Assembly: GCF_003704095.1 (NCBI RefSeq)
Contig: NW_020846522.1
Span: 1 to 64,000, forward strand
Direction: 5' to 3'
DNA: 64,000 bases
Source of the DNA: Pocillopora damicornis
Lineage: Eukaryota
A program made the translations under genes and the position numbers. Of this stretch, positions 13,568 to 25,721 are shown in pieces. The stretch's first letter is position 1. Each line of letters opens with the position of its first letter. Below the pieces are notes generated by a model that did not search any database, was not told the DNA's origin, and worked only from the letters and a program-made list of their open reading frames with translations.

Positions 13568-14924
13568 CGATCTTGAGTACTAAGACACTAATGAAAAACT
13601 GTTCTGATAGGTGGTTTTTACAATCTAGATACTTTCAAACGTTTCCTAGAAACGATAAAGCTCTGAATGTGTAGAAAAACAAAGCAAATTAAAATTTGTA
13701 TAGCCTTACTTGAATTTAATATTTCAAGGATCTAATCACCAAGTGAACTTAGAACAGCATCCGTGCTATAAATATAACAGTTTATGCGAGATGTACACGT
13801 GACTCAGTGAAATCATCAGTTTATTATAAAGTGTATGGTGTTGATTAAAACTAGACTAAAAAATATTGAAAGGGAGAGTGGAGAGATATATGGTAGAAAG
13901 CTGAAGCTTCCTTTCCCTGAAACTACCTGTTTCTTTGACATTGTACTGGTATATAAAATTCTAGTATAAATACGAGAGGCGCAACTAAGCCGAGAGTAAA
14001 TTATTTCAGTACCCAGTGATTAGTTCAAAAACTCGGGTCGTCCTCTCAGCCAATCATATGCAACTTAAACTAATCGTGTTTTCCCGTGCTTCGAACAGCT
14101 ACTAGTTTTCAGTATTATCTCTTTGAGAGATTTCCCATTGTTTGGACGGGCTGTTTGTACCCTTCACTTTAAGTCTGGTTTATTCGGCGCTTTACATATT
14201 GGCTTGCTATTTTCGTTCTACTCATCGTTCTTTTTATACCTGAATTGAATTTTGCTTGGGACATCGAGACGATTTTTTCTTTAATTTTCCGGGAAGTTCA
14301 CCATTAGTTTTCGACCTTGTGAATTTGATCCAGTTTTTTTGCCTTCTGTTTAGATTCTTACCTGACACACTGATCGACATAAAGGCTTAAACAAATCACT
14401 TCTTCTTTTTCCCTTCCCGTGCCACCGAGCAAAGCAAAAACACCTCATGGGGAAACTTTGTTCCTTCTGCCCCTATATACCAGCATCCTATGAGCCCACA
14501 CACATTAGGAAATAGTGAAGCGCATAGTGTTATTCCGAAAATGTGNNNNNNNNNNNNNNNNNNNNNNNNNNNNNNNNNNNNNNNNNNNNNNNNNNNNNNN
14601 NNNNNNNNNNNNNNNNNNNNNNNNNNNNNNNNNNNNNNNNNNNNNNNNNNNNNNNNNNNNNNNNNNNNNNNNNNNNNNNNNNNNNNNNNNNNNNNNNNNN
14701 NNNNNNNNNNNNNNNNNNNNNNNNNNNNNNNNNNNNNNNNNNNNNNNNNNNNNNNNNNNNNNNNNNNNNNNNNNNNNNNNNNNNNNNNNNNNNNNNNNNN
14801 NNNNNNNATTCAACACAATAAATCAGATCTGCAGCAATTAAAATGATAAATGAGTCAAAGAGTTTAGCTCGACTGATTGTTTTCGAAAGGCAGACGGAAA
14901 CGTATGAATGAAATATCAGGTATT

Positions 14925-15858
14925 TACGAGTGCCATCTCGTATTTCTCATAAACTCTTTTTTCATCACCTCAACTGCACTTTTCACCACCTCAACTTTCC
15001 GGCACGGCTTTAATTTTCGGGCAAGACATTAAATTTCTAACACGACATAAATTTTCCGGCACGACTTTTTCTGGCTAGACATTTAACTTTTTCCACCTGA
15101 AGACTCAACACAAGAATCAAGGCGGCCGGTCACCGCTGGTCGATCGCAATGCACTTACTGTAACACTGTTTGGTAAAAACTAAGAATGAATTTGCAATTG
15201 GGCAAAGCTAAATTGGATAAGTTTACTCGATCGAATTTTTGCTTAGTGTGCTTGTCTTGCACTCAATTGCAAGGAAATAAATCAGTTTTCAATTAAGGAT
15301 AAAACACTTGCGTTGACTTGAGTTAGCCTGGTTCTCTGTATCGCTAATGTACTGAGTAGAAGTAAATTCAGACATGGCCAACTCGCTTGTCAACATCTGC
15401 ATGATTTTGTTTAAACCTGTTCCTACTGATTAGAATAACCGCTTTGTCTTTGTTTCTTTTTGAACCGTCACAAAACTGCTCTACTTATGGCCTTATATGT
15501 TAACACAAAACAATTTGATTGTTAACGTCTCCACCAAAGCCTATTGCCCTTAAAAAAAGGTGACATTCAATCTTAAAGTAAACATTTGTAGGTACTGTTG
15601 AATAACAGACCAGAGAAAGTCGGAAAAAAAGTCCTGCCGGAAAATTGAAGTCGTGCGGGAAAGTTAAAGTCGTGCCGGTAACTTAAAGTCGTACCGGAAA
15701 GTTAAAGCAGCGCCGGAAAGTTATAGTAGTGCCGGAAAATTGAAGTCGTGTAGGAAAGTTGAAGTCGTACCGAGAAAAAACTGAGCTTGTGAAAAATAAA
15801 GTTGAGGTGGAGAAAAAAATTAATGAGAAATACGAGATGGCACTAACTCGGCTCCGTA
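14925..15858. mobile_element. Non-autonomous foldback/MITE-like DNA transposon with 6-bp TSD
   Basis: Inverted repeat gtgccatctcgtatttctcat (14930-14950) / atgagaaatacgagatggcac (15823-15843), termini tacg...cgta, flanking GGTATT at 14919-14924 and 15859-15864, and subterminal ~19-bp repeats (aaagtcgtgccggaaagtt-like) in opposite orientation on the two arms. Confidence 0.8.
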
Positions 15859-17824
15859 GGTATTCCTAAGAGCATGCGCAGTCTTAAAAGCAAAGTTGCT
15901 TTTTGAAAAACTTGAGAGTATCTACGACGATTCAACTATGCGTCGGTTCCCTGCAGCATTAACGATTTAAAAAAATCTGTTTTAACTGGAGAAAATATCA
16001 GAGAGAGTAAGAAAAGAGCTATCTATAATTCATTTGCGAGCAGAGTACTTGTTTTGCTTCCGTTGAGGATTATGCTGAGATGACGGAATTCAAATGTTCC
16101 ATTTTATGTGGTCTTACCTTACACGCATAGAAAAATTTTTTCCCAGCAGATTAAATATTTTAGATATGTGGTTAAAGTATAAAAACGCTTGACGAATTTA
16201 CAAGTGAGATCAAGAGGAGATGGTGAGACTCTATGGTGAAAACTGAAGCGAGAGCCTTTCCGTATGAGTCCAGGGTAATCGTTCTGTCTCGGTTGCCATA
16301 GAAGTTTTCGTCTCCCAGTCCATCTCGGAAATTTCAGCCCGATCAGAAAGCTGAGAACTTAGCCCAGATGCTATACAGAAGTTGGCAAGACACAATTGTA
16401 AGGTTCACCCCTCTAAGCGGGCTCGAGTGTTAATATGAGATCATTCGTTGCCCGTTTGCTAAGATCTTGGTCGTATAACCATTGACCAGGGAAAGTTTTA
16501 TACGTAAAATTGCGTAGAGTGCATTCACACCTAATTAAACATCAACAACCCCCATACACATCTTAGCACCAAATTCAGCTTCAAGGTGCGTTTCGATACA
16601 GCTTTTATCTTTTAGTTAATCAATATGCCTTTTCTTATCACCTAACATTGCTATACTAGGGTTTTACGTTAAGGAAAAATTTGTGCAACAATCGATAAGA
16701 GGTATGGCATCGATCTTTGGAGGGACTTGAAGGAAGGGCGTGATTATGAGCAACAGTGCTGTCAATAATCTGTTGACATCTGTATGAAGCGCGCGTTATA
16801 TTAGCAAAACATATATGAAAACATGAGTGAATGACTTATAAATGGTTGCCTGACTAGTGACATAAATAAATTTATCAATTAATTGTTTGATTAATCAACA
16901 GGTGAATTAACTGGCTTATCAACAATTTTTCTTTACTAAGGTACAGAGAATTTAATTAAATATAACGTATAGACCCACACGACACACTTATGAATATGAG
17001 ATAAAAAAACAAAAAAACCATATCTTCTTTCATTCCGTACACTGTGTATTACATTGCCTGAGGTCCGTAGTTCAATAAAAATCTCATTAATAGTAATAAT
17101 ACGTTTTGTAGCGAACTTATGCGTTTGGTTAACAACTAACATGCAAATGCTCGATTTTCATACGTGAGTACTACTAAAAACCGTGATATATTCATGTTTT
17201 TAACAACCGATTCGCGCTCCCGATTCCTATCAATGACGGTTTGCTCCATTACAACTTCTTGAAACATTATTGCATATCCAGTTACGTTACAGCAGGGTAT
17301 GGCCGACTGGTATCACCGGCTGAGAAAATTATCACAAACATAAGCACAGGTAAGACAGTTTCACAAAAAAATTATTACTCTTCCTTTTATTCTCCATTTA
17401 TAATCTTTTGTATTTTGACTTTAAGTTAACGATTTCCTGATCATTTTATTTTTGTTTTCTTTAAACTAAAGAGGCTTTTTTCTACAAGCGCAACTTAAAA
17501 GTTTTATTGCCACGTACGGACACAAGAAACCAGACGTTACGGCACCGAGTCATCAGCTGCGCAAACAACTAACTGGCCATCTCGCTGAGAAAATGCTATT
17601 GTTGCTGTCAAGTCCTTTTAAGGCAAAAGGAATAATTATGAACCCTGCTTTTGCTCTTCGGGTAAAAACAACACATGTATTTGCAAAACAAACACGCTTT
17701 CTTTCCAAATTGCAATTTAATTGTAAGGCAAATTAGTTAACTTCCTTTGGCTGGAAAATTTGTTTCTCTTTTCCAGAACTTTCGGGACAATGGGGTAAAC
17801 ATTCAGGGGACAAATGCAAGTAGC

Positions 17825-17847
17825 GCAACGTGACCACGCTGACGTAA
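17825..17847 (+). promoter_or_regulatory. Conserved upstream block of D with CRE/ATF-like TGACGTAA
   Basis: 23-bp identity with 12779-12801. TATATAA follows at 17960-17966. Confidence 0.55.
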
Positions 17848-18019
17848 AAACGTGAAGCCATGATTGTACATACAACTGTACGCCGAAAACTCAAGTTCAG
17901 GTTCGAGGCGACTTAGCTATTCCAACTTGCTGAGCACGTCCCTCTGTTGCACTAGCGAGTATATAACAGGAATTGCTCAAAAGCAAAGGTACATTGTCTT
18001 CGAAGACCTAAAAGGAGCG

Positions 18020-18589
18020 ATGTATCAGCTACCTAGAGATAAATACAGTCTTGGAGTATGCAAGGAGCTTGAAAGATCCAATTTTCTCTCAAGCACATTC
18101 AAACGTACGATGACGGAGACCAGCGCAGCAGAAATGGCCCCTGATATAGAAAAACAGGCAAGGAACATGTTTGGTAACCGCGAATCACGTTTGAAGCGAA
18201 GTAGGCTTATGATCGCAGAAGAGTGCGTCAATAACGATGACGATGGTGCAGCTTACACGCCTGAAGATTTGGTGACGAATAAAAGATTAAGTGAGCCTCT
18301 ACACTTTGCCCATGCAAAAGGACAGCTCACTTCCGCGAGAAGTTCTTATGTTTGCTTCGGAACTACTTGCCGACCGATGAAAAACATTATGCCGATAAAT
18401 TTGCATGTGAAAGACATCACAGCAGCTAAGGCATGTTTTCCCGACTTTTTCCCTCAACAACCTTCACGAACCAGTTACGATTCCCTACAATCGTATCCAA
18501 CCCTGGAAGACATTTTCTCAGGTCAGTTTCAAGTCTCAACAACCCTGAGTGATAGGACACAAACATTTCCAAGAAACAAATATATGTAA
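18020..18589 (+). CDS. Motif-family member D (189 aa from first ATG), paralogue of C
   Basis: The ORF track start at 17864 is TTG; the ATG at 18020 has the same ggagcgATG context as C. Contains DITAAKACFPDFFPQQP, PTLEDIFSGQ and SEPLH. DNA similarity to C extends several hundred bp upstream. Confidence 0.8.
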   Translation: MYQLPRDKYSLGVCKELERSNFLSSTFKRTMTETSAAEMAPDIEKQARNMFGNRESRLKRSRLMIAEECVNNDDDGAAYTPEDLVTNKRLSEPLHFAHAKGQLTSARSSYVCFGTTCRPMKNIMPINLHVKDITAAKACFPDFFPQQPSRTSYDSLQSYPTLEDIFSGQFQVSTTLSDRTQTFPRNKYM

Positions 18590-19419
18590 ATTCGTTTGAG
18601 TAGAGGTACTGACGAATTATAATTTGCATCTCTTAATTTGGACTATTTTATTTCATCATATCGAAGAGTTCACGGATATCTTTGTGGTGCTCGAGAATTT
18701 CTTCATTCAATTCAACCTAATTTTCTATACTTTCTTGATTTCCCTTGCTTCTCCGACACTGTTTTTCTTTTTCATTTCAGTCATAATAAATCGCTTTGTC
18801 ATGTAACAGATCAGATCAGCAGAAAACAAATAACAAGTTATTGTCTTTATATGTTAAAGATGCTTTAATAAAAAAAGAGTCTGATAGTCTAACGAAAAGA
18901 TATCACTATCCGAGCTTTAAATGGTTTTGCAACCCTTACGAGGCGTGCATTTGAGCCAGTTACTCATTTTTTATGAGGTATTTCGATAATTAAAATTTCA
19001 CATCGAGGGATTTTAGTACCGTCAAATTCTGCAGGGAACCTTAATTGCGTTATCAAGGCGTTAGCGCACGGTGGAACGAAATTGTATTGCTATTCGTCTT
19101 TCCACAAAAAAAAGATGACAATCGCAACTATAGTTCACAGAAGGTATATAGGATGAAATTTGACAAGCAAAGTCGATGATGAAGTCACACGCATCAATGC
19201 TTAGGTAATATGTATTTCAAACACCTACATTTCTGATAAAACAAGACCAAGATATTTTTTTATGACGTTTAAAGAATCTAACGGTAAAACGTAACAACTT
19301 AAGCTGATGTGACTTCCCACCTCCGCTGTAAACTGAAAAAAAAATTAAAAAATAAACAGTGGGACAAGCCCAGTTTGCAGGAAAGCAAGAGCAGGAAGTG
19401 GGACATTAGATCTTTTATG

Positions 19420-19665
19420 CTCTCTTTTTGCGGTGTTCCTTTGCTTCGGTTTCCGATTGATCTGAAAAATTCGCACCATCCTCAAACCAATGAGATGAAA
19501 ATCTAAACCAATCAGAGCTTGGTAACTCATATTTCCAGCATTTCATACTTCTTTGCTTGAATTTATTTTGATCTCTCATTGGTTCCTTGGGATATTTTCC
19601 TTTCTGATTGGCCAGTGCGATTACTTTGGTTTGGGTTTTGCAACAATCAGTCGCACTGCAACCTG
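19420..19665 (+). repeat. Dispersed MITE family copy (ccaatca / gattactttggttt type)
   Basis: Similar to 59924-60209, to the inverted copy at about 54891-55143 and to a partial copy at about 14015-14150. Confidence 0.55.
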
Positions 19666-20757
19666 GGAGCCAACTAACCACATAACATTCAGCTTTTTCT
19701 CTTGTTTTGCAAATAATTCAAATATTCCCAAAAGAGAACAAAAACGCTTACGATGTCTGTGAACGAAACATTATATGTACCGGCAAACGTGGTAAAAAAA
19801 TTAAAAATGCAAAGGTTTTTCCAATATGACAGTTATTTTTACGGTTTAAAATACAGTCGCACAATAAATAAATCGATAGAGAATAGATTTAAAATGTGAT
19901 GTATTTTAACCGAGACCTTCTATTCAGTTATTAACAGTTAAATTAACTATGATATGTTGACCCCCCTGTCTGATTTTCATCTGTCTGAAAGAACAAGAGA
20001 CAGACATCTTAAATTAAAACTAGGCAGCTTGAAGTGGCGTTCAGCGTCAGGAAATAATTAGAAAACGCGTTGAAAGAGAATTATGTATTGAAAATTTAAA
20101 AAAAGAGCGTTGAGTCGATTTTTGTGGCAGGAAAGAGTTATTTTGTTTCAGCTCATGGATTTCTGCTAAGATATTTTGTAATCATTTTTCTACTCAGCAT
20201 CTATTGAAAGGGGATTCATTTTCGCATTATTCATCAGCGTTAGAACTTCCCGTTTTTTTCTCGACACAATATATCATGCCTGCTGTAATGTCAGAAGTTA
20301 ACATATGAAAATGAGTGCTACATTTTTCTTGACCGATTGGTTTTCAAGGAATGAGACCAAAAAACTGAGTGAATAGATTATCAGAGTACCTTCCAATTTT
20401 AGGACGACTAAGTTACGAGCCGGATCTTTCCAGCATTGATATCAAACAACACTAAATTTATCGGAGCAGATGCTGGAAAGAACCAGAAAGCAGTGTTTAT
20501 CTCATATTTGCATAATCCATGATGTTTTTCATCGGTTACTTACCTTTTTTAGTGTAGTTTTGAAAACAGAATCTGAACGTTCGCTCTTCTTTAGTTGACT
20601 GGGCATGATAGAAAGATGATTGCTTTCTCAGGTAGGCCACGAAATACTTTGAAAAATTAGTAGATATATATATATATATGTATACATGACATATAAACAC
20701 GTCGCGCATTTGTAAGTTAGATTGTTGCGATACTGTAGGAAATTATAATTCTAACAA

Positions 20758-20842
20758 TGACGTGTGACCACGTAAAATGACGTGAATGACGTGAAATGAC
20801 GCGAAACTCGTAAAAGTTCAAGAAACCAACGTATTTCCTAGA
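20758..20842 (+). promoter_or_regulatory. Cluster of four TGACG half-sites plus TATA upstream of member E
   Basis: TGACG at 20758, 20778, 20787 and 20797; GTGACCACG at 20764-20772 (shared with C and D); TATATA at 20837-20842. Confidence 0.5.
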
Positions 20843-21045
20843 ATCAGTTATGGGTCTATATATTCAGATGAAGGTCGTTGTTTACTTTGTGAAGAAGAAG
20901 CATATCTAGTCGAAAGAGACATGATCGTTTTCCCGAGGTTGTCGTCCGCTTTTGGTTCGTAGAAATTGGACCTTGATAAGTTTAGACATTGCTGTCGGGC
21001 GAATTGAAAAACGGGTAGGTTACACTGCTGCCATCTCTGAAATCA

Positions 21046-21426
21046 ATGACTCACTTTCAAGTGTGTTCTGGTTGTAGACGCAAGGCAAAAAACACACAGA
21101 AAACAGCAAATGATTTTGAAAAGGAGACCAACTCAGATCTCAAGAATACCCAACTTCTGCGTTCCACAGACATAAGTATTTGTCTCCAGATATCAGACGA
21201 AAAGAAAACCACCCTTAGCCACCCATCCAGATGGAGAGAACTTGATATGGCTTTGAAACTCTTACCAGAATTTCTTTCCCGACGCAGGAACCAAGAGACA
21301 AGTTTCCCATCTATAATCTTAACTAGTAATGAAGAAAAGGGTCCTATCGAGAAGCATCTTGAGAACTCTAAAGAAATACTCGAGTGGGTAAAACTTGAGT
21401 ATGGAATTCTTTCAAAGAGCTGTTGA
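21046..21426 (+). CDS. Motif-family member E (126 aa, divergent, possibly 5'-decayed)
   Basis: ELDMALKLLPEFLS is a central-motif variant and EILEWVKLEYG a terminal-motif variant. AATAAA near 21572. Confidence 0.65.
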   Translation: MTHFQVCSGCRRKAKNTQKTANDFEKETNSDLKNTQLLRSTDISICLQISDEKKTTLSHPSRWRELDMALKLLPEFLSRRRNQETSFPSIILTSNEEKGPIEKHLENSKEILEWVKLEYGILSKSC

Positions 21427-23406
21427 GTTCGTTACGACTATTAGTCCTAATGCGTTCTTCTAACGTTAAATGAAGGATGTCGGAGATTTCGTAAAAAGCC
21501 ACAAATTGTTGACGATGACGTGCAGTTACAGCTTTTGAGTAGCTAGAGTGTAATATACCTCTTTATGACACAATAAATTGTAGTTCAGGACCTGTCAACA
21601 CCGACGCGCAAAAGATGCCTAAACGAAAAGTTTTTGTAGGACGACTCGTTTATTGTTCTCCTATGATAAGCTTGGGTCTAGAAAGAAATCACATTGAATT
21701 CCTTTTTGGATGCTAAAAAGACCGTTTTTCCAGGCGCGTGTCAACTGGGCTATAACAATAACGAAAAAGTCTCTTTCCCGAAGAATGAAGTGGCTTTGCC
21801 TACTTCCATTCAGTTACAGACGTGTCCGAGACGCTGGTTAGTTATGAGAGAAGTTAATCATTAATGCATGATCTGATTTAATGCAAATTGGGTTAATTGC
21901 TGGATTTTTTCCACCAACTCTTGAAATATGGTTTTGTAAGTGCTCTATGGAACCAAAGGTGACAATAAGTTCGCGTTTCACAACACGACGGTTAGCGTAA
22001 CACTTTAAATGTCGCCCTGGAAAAATTAGAATTTAGAAGATTTACATCCTTTAATTTTGCCACATATTCTTAGTCCATATCTTCCTAAATTCTCATAAAT
22101 CCAGCATGCTGATGATTCATAAGGAACTGATTATGGTTTCTTAGACAGTAATTAGTTTGACCCTACATGCAGGAGTCATTGTTGACCGTACACGCGCATC
22201 GTCCAGATGGGATTAGTCGTAGCAACGAAGGGATATTCTTCAAAATAAATTTTTCAAATAGTCGATGAATGAAGAACAGCCTTAAAAGTTGTGTCAATCG
22301 TGGGGATATCCACATGCCCCCAGGTTCCGGTTTTGAAAATACATAGGAAAGAAAGCATTCCCTCAAAATTTTTGCTGATACGATATCCGCCAAACTCCTA
22401 CCGCTTCTTTCACAAAGCGCTTAAATTGAATTGTTCGATGGCTTCCGCGTACGTGCTGCAATTGATTAATAACCTCAAAACCGCTGTAGATCAACAAGCT
22501 GATTATCAAGTATACTCGCCTACACAGCTAGGTGAAGCTGTCAGGAGAATCACATCGATCATTGATGTATATTGGGAAATTAAATTAATGAATTATTTTG
22601 ATGCAATGTTTACCAGAGTTCGAGTTGGGGGAAAAACACTTTAAAACGGTAATATACAATGTAAATTCTACTTCAAGTTTAAGTCCGAAACAACAGGAAT
22701 TGACGGCTTTTGTTATGAAACTTAAAATTTGCATAATATGTTTTTTTTTTCGAAAATTTTAAAAGAATAAAGGAGCACAACTCAAAAGCTATGTATATAT
22801 CTTTTATGATGATACAGTTGCATTTGTAAAGACTTACCAACAGTTCGAGTTTATTGTTTATTCTTTTCACCCGTAAATATGATGAAGCTAATAGAAAAAT
22901 ATCGAAATATGTTGTACGTGCTCTGGTTGAAATTTCAATTTTCCTTGTCAGGCCACCGGGAATGAAAATTGATTGACTATACAAGCATATTAAATGAATG
23001 TAATCGGGTGAATTTATTACCCTTAAACAATAGATGAAATACAAAAAAATAGATTTCTTCTCTCCAAAAAATAATTCATTTTTCAGTCTGTCTTGCTTTT
23101 TTCTGTTATTTTTTTTAACTCTTCTTATACCATCATCAAGTTTTTACAGAAAATAACGAAAAAACGGTCCTCGTTACTTCACTGGAGAAGATAGCACATT
23201 AAAAAAAAATGAAACAACGTTTCCTTATCAGCTAAGTTGTCACGTAGACTTAAAATTTAAAGGTGTAGCACTTCTCTAAAATATATCATAATTCCTTGTT
23301 CAGCTTTTTTCCGCGTGATTTTTCATTGAGCTATCGACTGAGAGGTAGTTTCTCATCAGCCGTGATCTGTCTGCATTACTGATTTGTACAGATTTTTCTC
23401 AAACTT

Positions 23407-23880
23407 CTATCCAAAAAATTGAAGCCACGAAGCAACAATGTTTTCCTTGTTGTGGGAAAAATGTCCACCTCTCTTTGTATTTGACCGCGAAGAATTTCTC
23501 GCAGTCTTAGTGTCAAGGTCTATCTCGTTCCTATTGCGATCAGAAGGCCTAAAATCCGGAAATATATTCTGATCACTACAGGCTTTATAACTGTCCTTTA
23601 TCGCTGTTCCCTTTCTGAGTAATGCTTGTCTGTGAGTATTCTCAAGGCACGGTAGCACAGGCAGAATGAAAATATCATTGGGTTTGCTACACTCTCTAGA
23701 AACAGCTAAATCACCACAGGAGTGAACCCTTCGCTGGAATCTTCTGTGTGTTCCTTCGACCGGCCGGCCAAAAGGACATTCGTCGTCATCAAAATCCTCG
23801 TTATCTTCTCTCTTTTCCAAGATTGTACTTAAATGCCGAGTCATGTTTAATCGTGGTAAGAATGGTAGAGTTTGTTTCAT
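23407..23880 (-). CDS. Motif-family member F (157 aa from first ATG)
   Basis: The ORF track start at 24111 is TTG; the first ATG is 23880, downstream of TATAAATA (24003-24010, minus strand). Contains RHLSTILEKREDNEDFDDDE (23815-23832), QNIFPDFRP and terminal VASWLQFFG*. Confidence 0.85.
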   Translation of the reverse strand: MKQTLPFLPRLNMTRHLSTILEKREDNEDFDDDECPFGRPVEGTHRRFQRRVHSCGDLAVSRECSKPNDIFILPVLPCLENTHRQALLRKGTAIKDSYKACSDQNIFPDFRPSDRNRNEIDLDTKTARNSSRSNTKRGGHFSHNKENIVASWLQFFG

Positions 23881-25721
23881 GTTTTTGTCGATATAACCAC
23901 TGTTGTACCACGTCCTCGCCAGGATAGATTTCACTAAGAACCACCACTTCTTCTCTTTTACCTTGCTTTGTGAATCCGATCCTTTCCCCTCTATATGCGA
24001 GCTATTTATAACAGCGAGTTCTTTTGTCCAAAAATGACAACTCAAAGATGAATTATTATCCGCTGTTAACGTACGCCCTGACGGCAATTTCTTGTGTTCA
24101 AATTTCGTCAATCTTTCAAATACGTCGGATTAAAATCCGCACGCAATGTTACAAGTTTTATAGATTGCACCTGCGCTGTGGGCGAGCAAAACAAGTATTT
24201 GACGTGCGTGGGATTCTATCAACTTGTGTTATCAAACCAGAATTTCTAAAAATTAGATCCCAGTCAAACATGATACTCTTGCCAACGCAGTGTTCGGCTT
24301 TCATCAGCAATTTACCGGTTGAACTTTGTCAGGAGATTTATTTTTCCTGGTAACGAAATGCTCATTTTTTTCAAAACCTTTTTTGAGCAGCTGGGAAAAC
24401 AACAGTCAGGGTGTCCGTCATTGTGACGGCAATATTTACGCTAAATTTCTCATCTCTTTATCAAGAGGTGTCAAAATTTACATCTCTATGTCGTTTGCGA
24501 ATGAAAGATATATTTTAAGATTTACGCCCCTCTAATTTTCCAGCAAATATTTGGACTTTTCCCAAGTCTGTCTTAATACACGCACAAAAAGCATGTTTAA
24601 ATGAGTGACCTCGAAAGAGAGGTCGTGGGATTTTTTTTCTTAAGGCTATTTTAGGTTTTTTTTTTCTTATTTCAGAAAGATCGCTGAGTGTATAACTTCC
24701 AGACTCTTGACGCTAACTTTGTCTTAATAAACAGGAAAAAAAAATAAGTAGGGGGCTTCAACGCGAGGTCATAAATTTCTTTAAGATCGCCTCCAGACTT
24801 TCACAAGCGTAATCAAACTATTGGAATTACCTTAATTTATTCGCTACCAAAATGTTTATGACTTGGGTCACAGCCTTTAAAATAGTCGAAAAAATCATTT
24901 CTTGACCTTGGAGGGCGACGCAATGCTTCAAGATTTTCTCGATGTCTCCATTACCGGAAAATCACGACTAAACATGTCACTTGGCCCCGTTCATCATCAT
25001 CTTTGAACTCTAACGAGCTTTAGTTCACGCACGAAATCAACCGCACTCACAAAGGACAGTTGGACACAGCAGTGAAATAACTAATCTAGCTAATTTTCGA
25101 TATTTTCTAGTAATAAAAGATTCTCAAGCGCGGATTGAAAGGTCTTGTGGTGATAGAATACAGCGTGACGTGATTAAAAAAAATCTGAGAGCATCTATTT
25201 ATTCCACCCTGTTTACGGAAATGGCTCATCTAATCAGAGAAACATCCACAGGCAGCAACAAACCTACAGATTTTTTACTCAGAATCAGTTTTAAGTTTAT
25301 CTTATGCGCAAGGAAGACAAGAAAAAGTTAGAATAAAAAATAACTAACGTGAGGTAGACATGCACAATGTTGAACGCGAGGCGAAATAGAAGATGAAAAC
25401 TTCTCTTCCGCCATAAGCAGCACTAACACGTGCGGGGGCTGGGTTACTCAATAGCGATTTGTTCTCCATACTGTCGCTGTTTTTCAGGAACATCTTTATT
25501 CATTTTTTTTTTCACTTGGCTTCTTTAAAGTGATTTGAACGAAGGATGTTGGCAGAATTGCACATAATTCACATTAGCCTCGACCAGCTACGTTTTCCTT
25601 CGGCAAGACAGATACAGTAATGCCTTGTGGCTATCCATTAAGACCATGTATGGCCTTCAGAGAAAGACTTCAGTGCCATTCGGGTAAGTTACCGCTTGAC
25701 TTTAGGCAATCCAGTGAAAAT

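Noticed and set aside
22163-23044. ORFs of 76-121 aa between E and F
   Set aside because: Non-ATG starts, AT-biased composition and no motifs.
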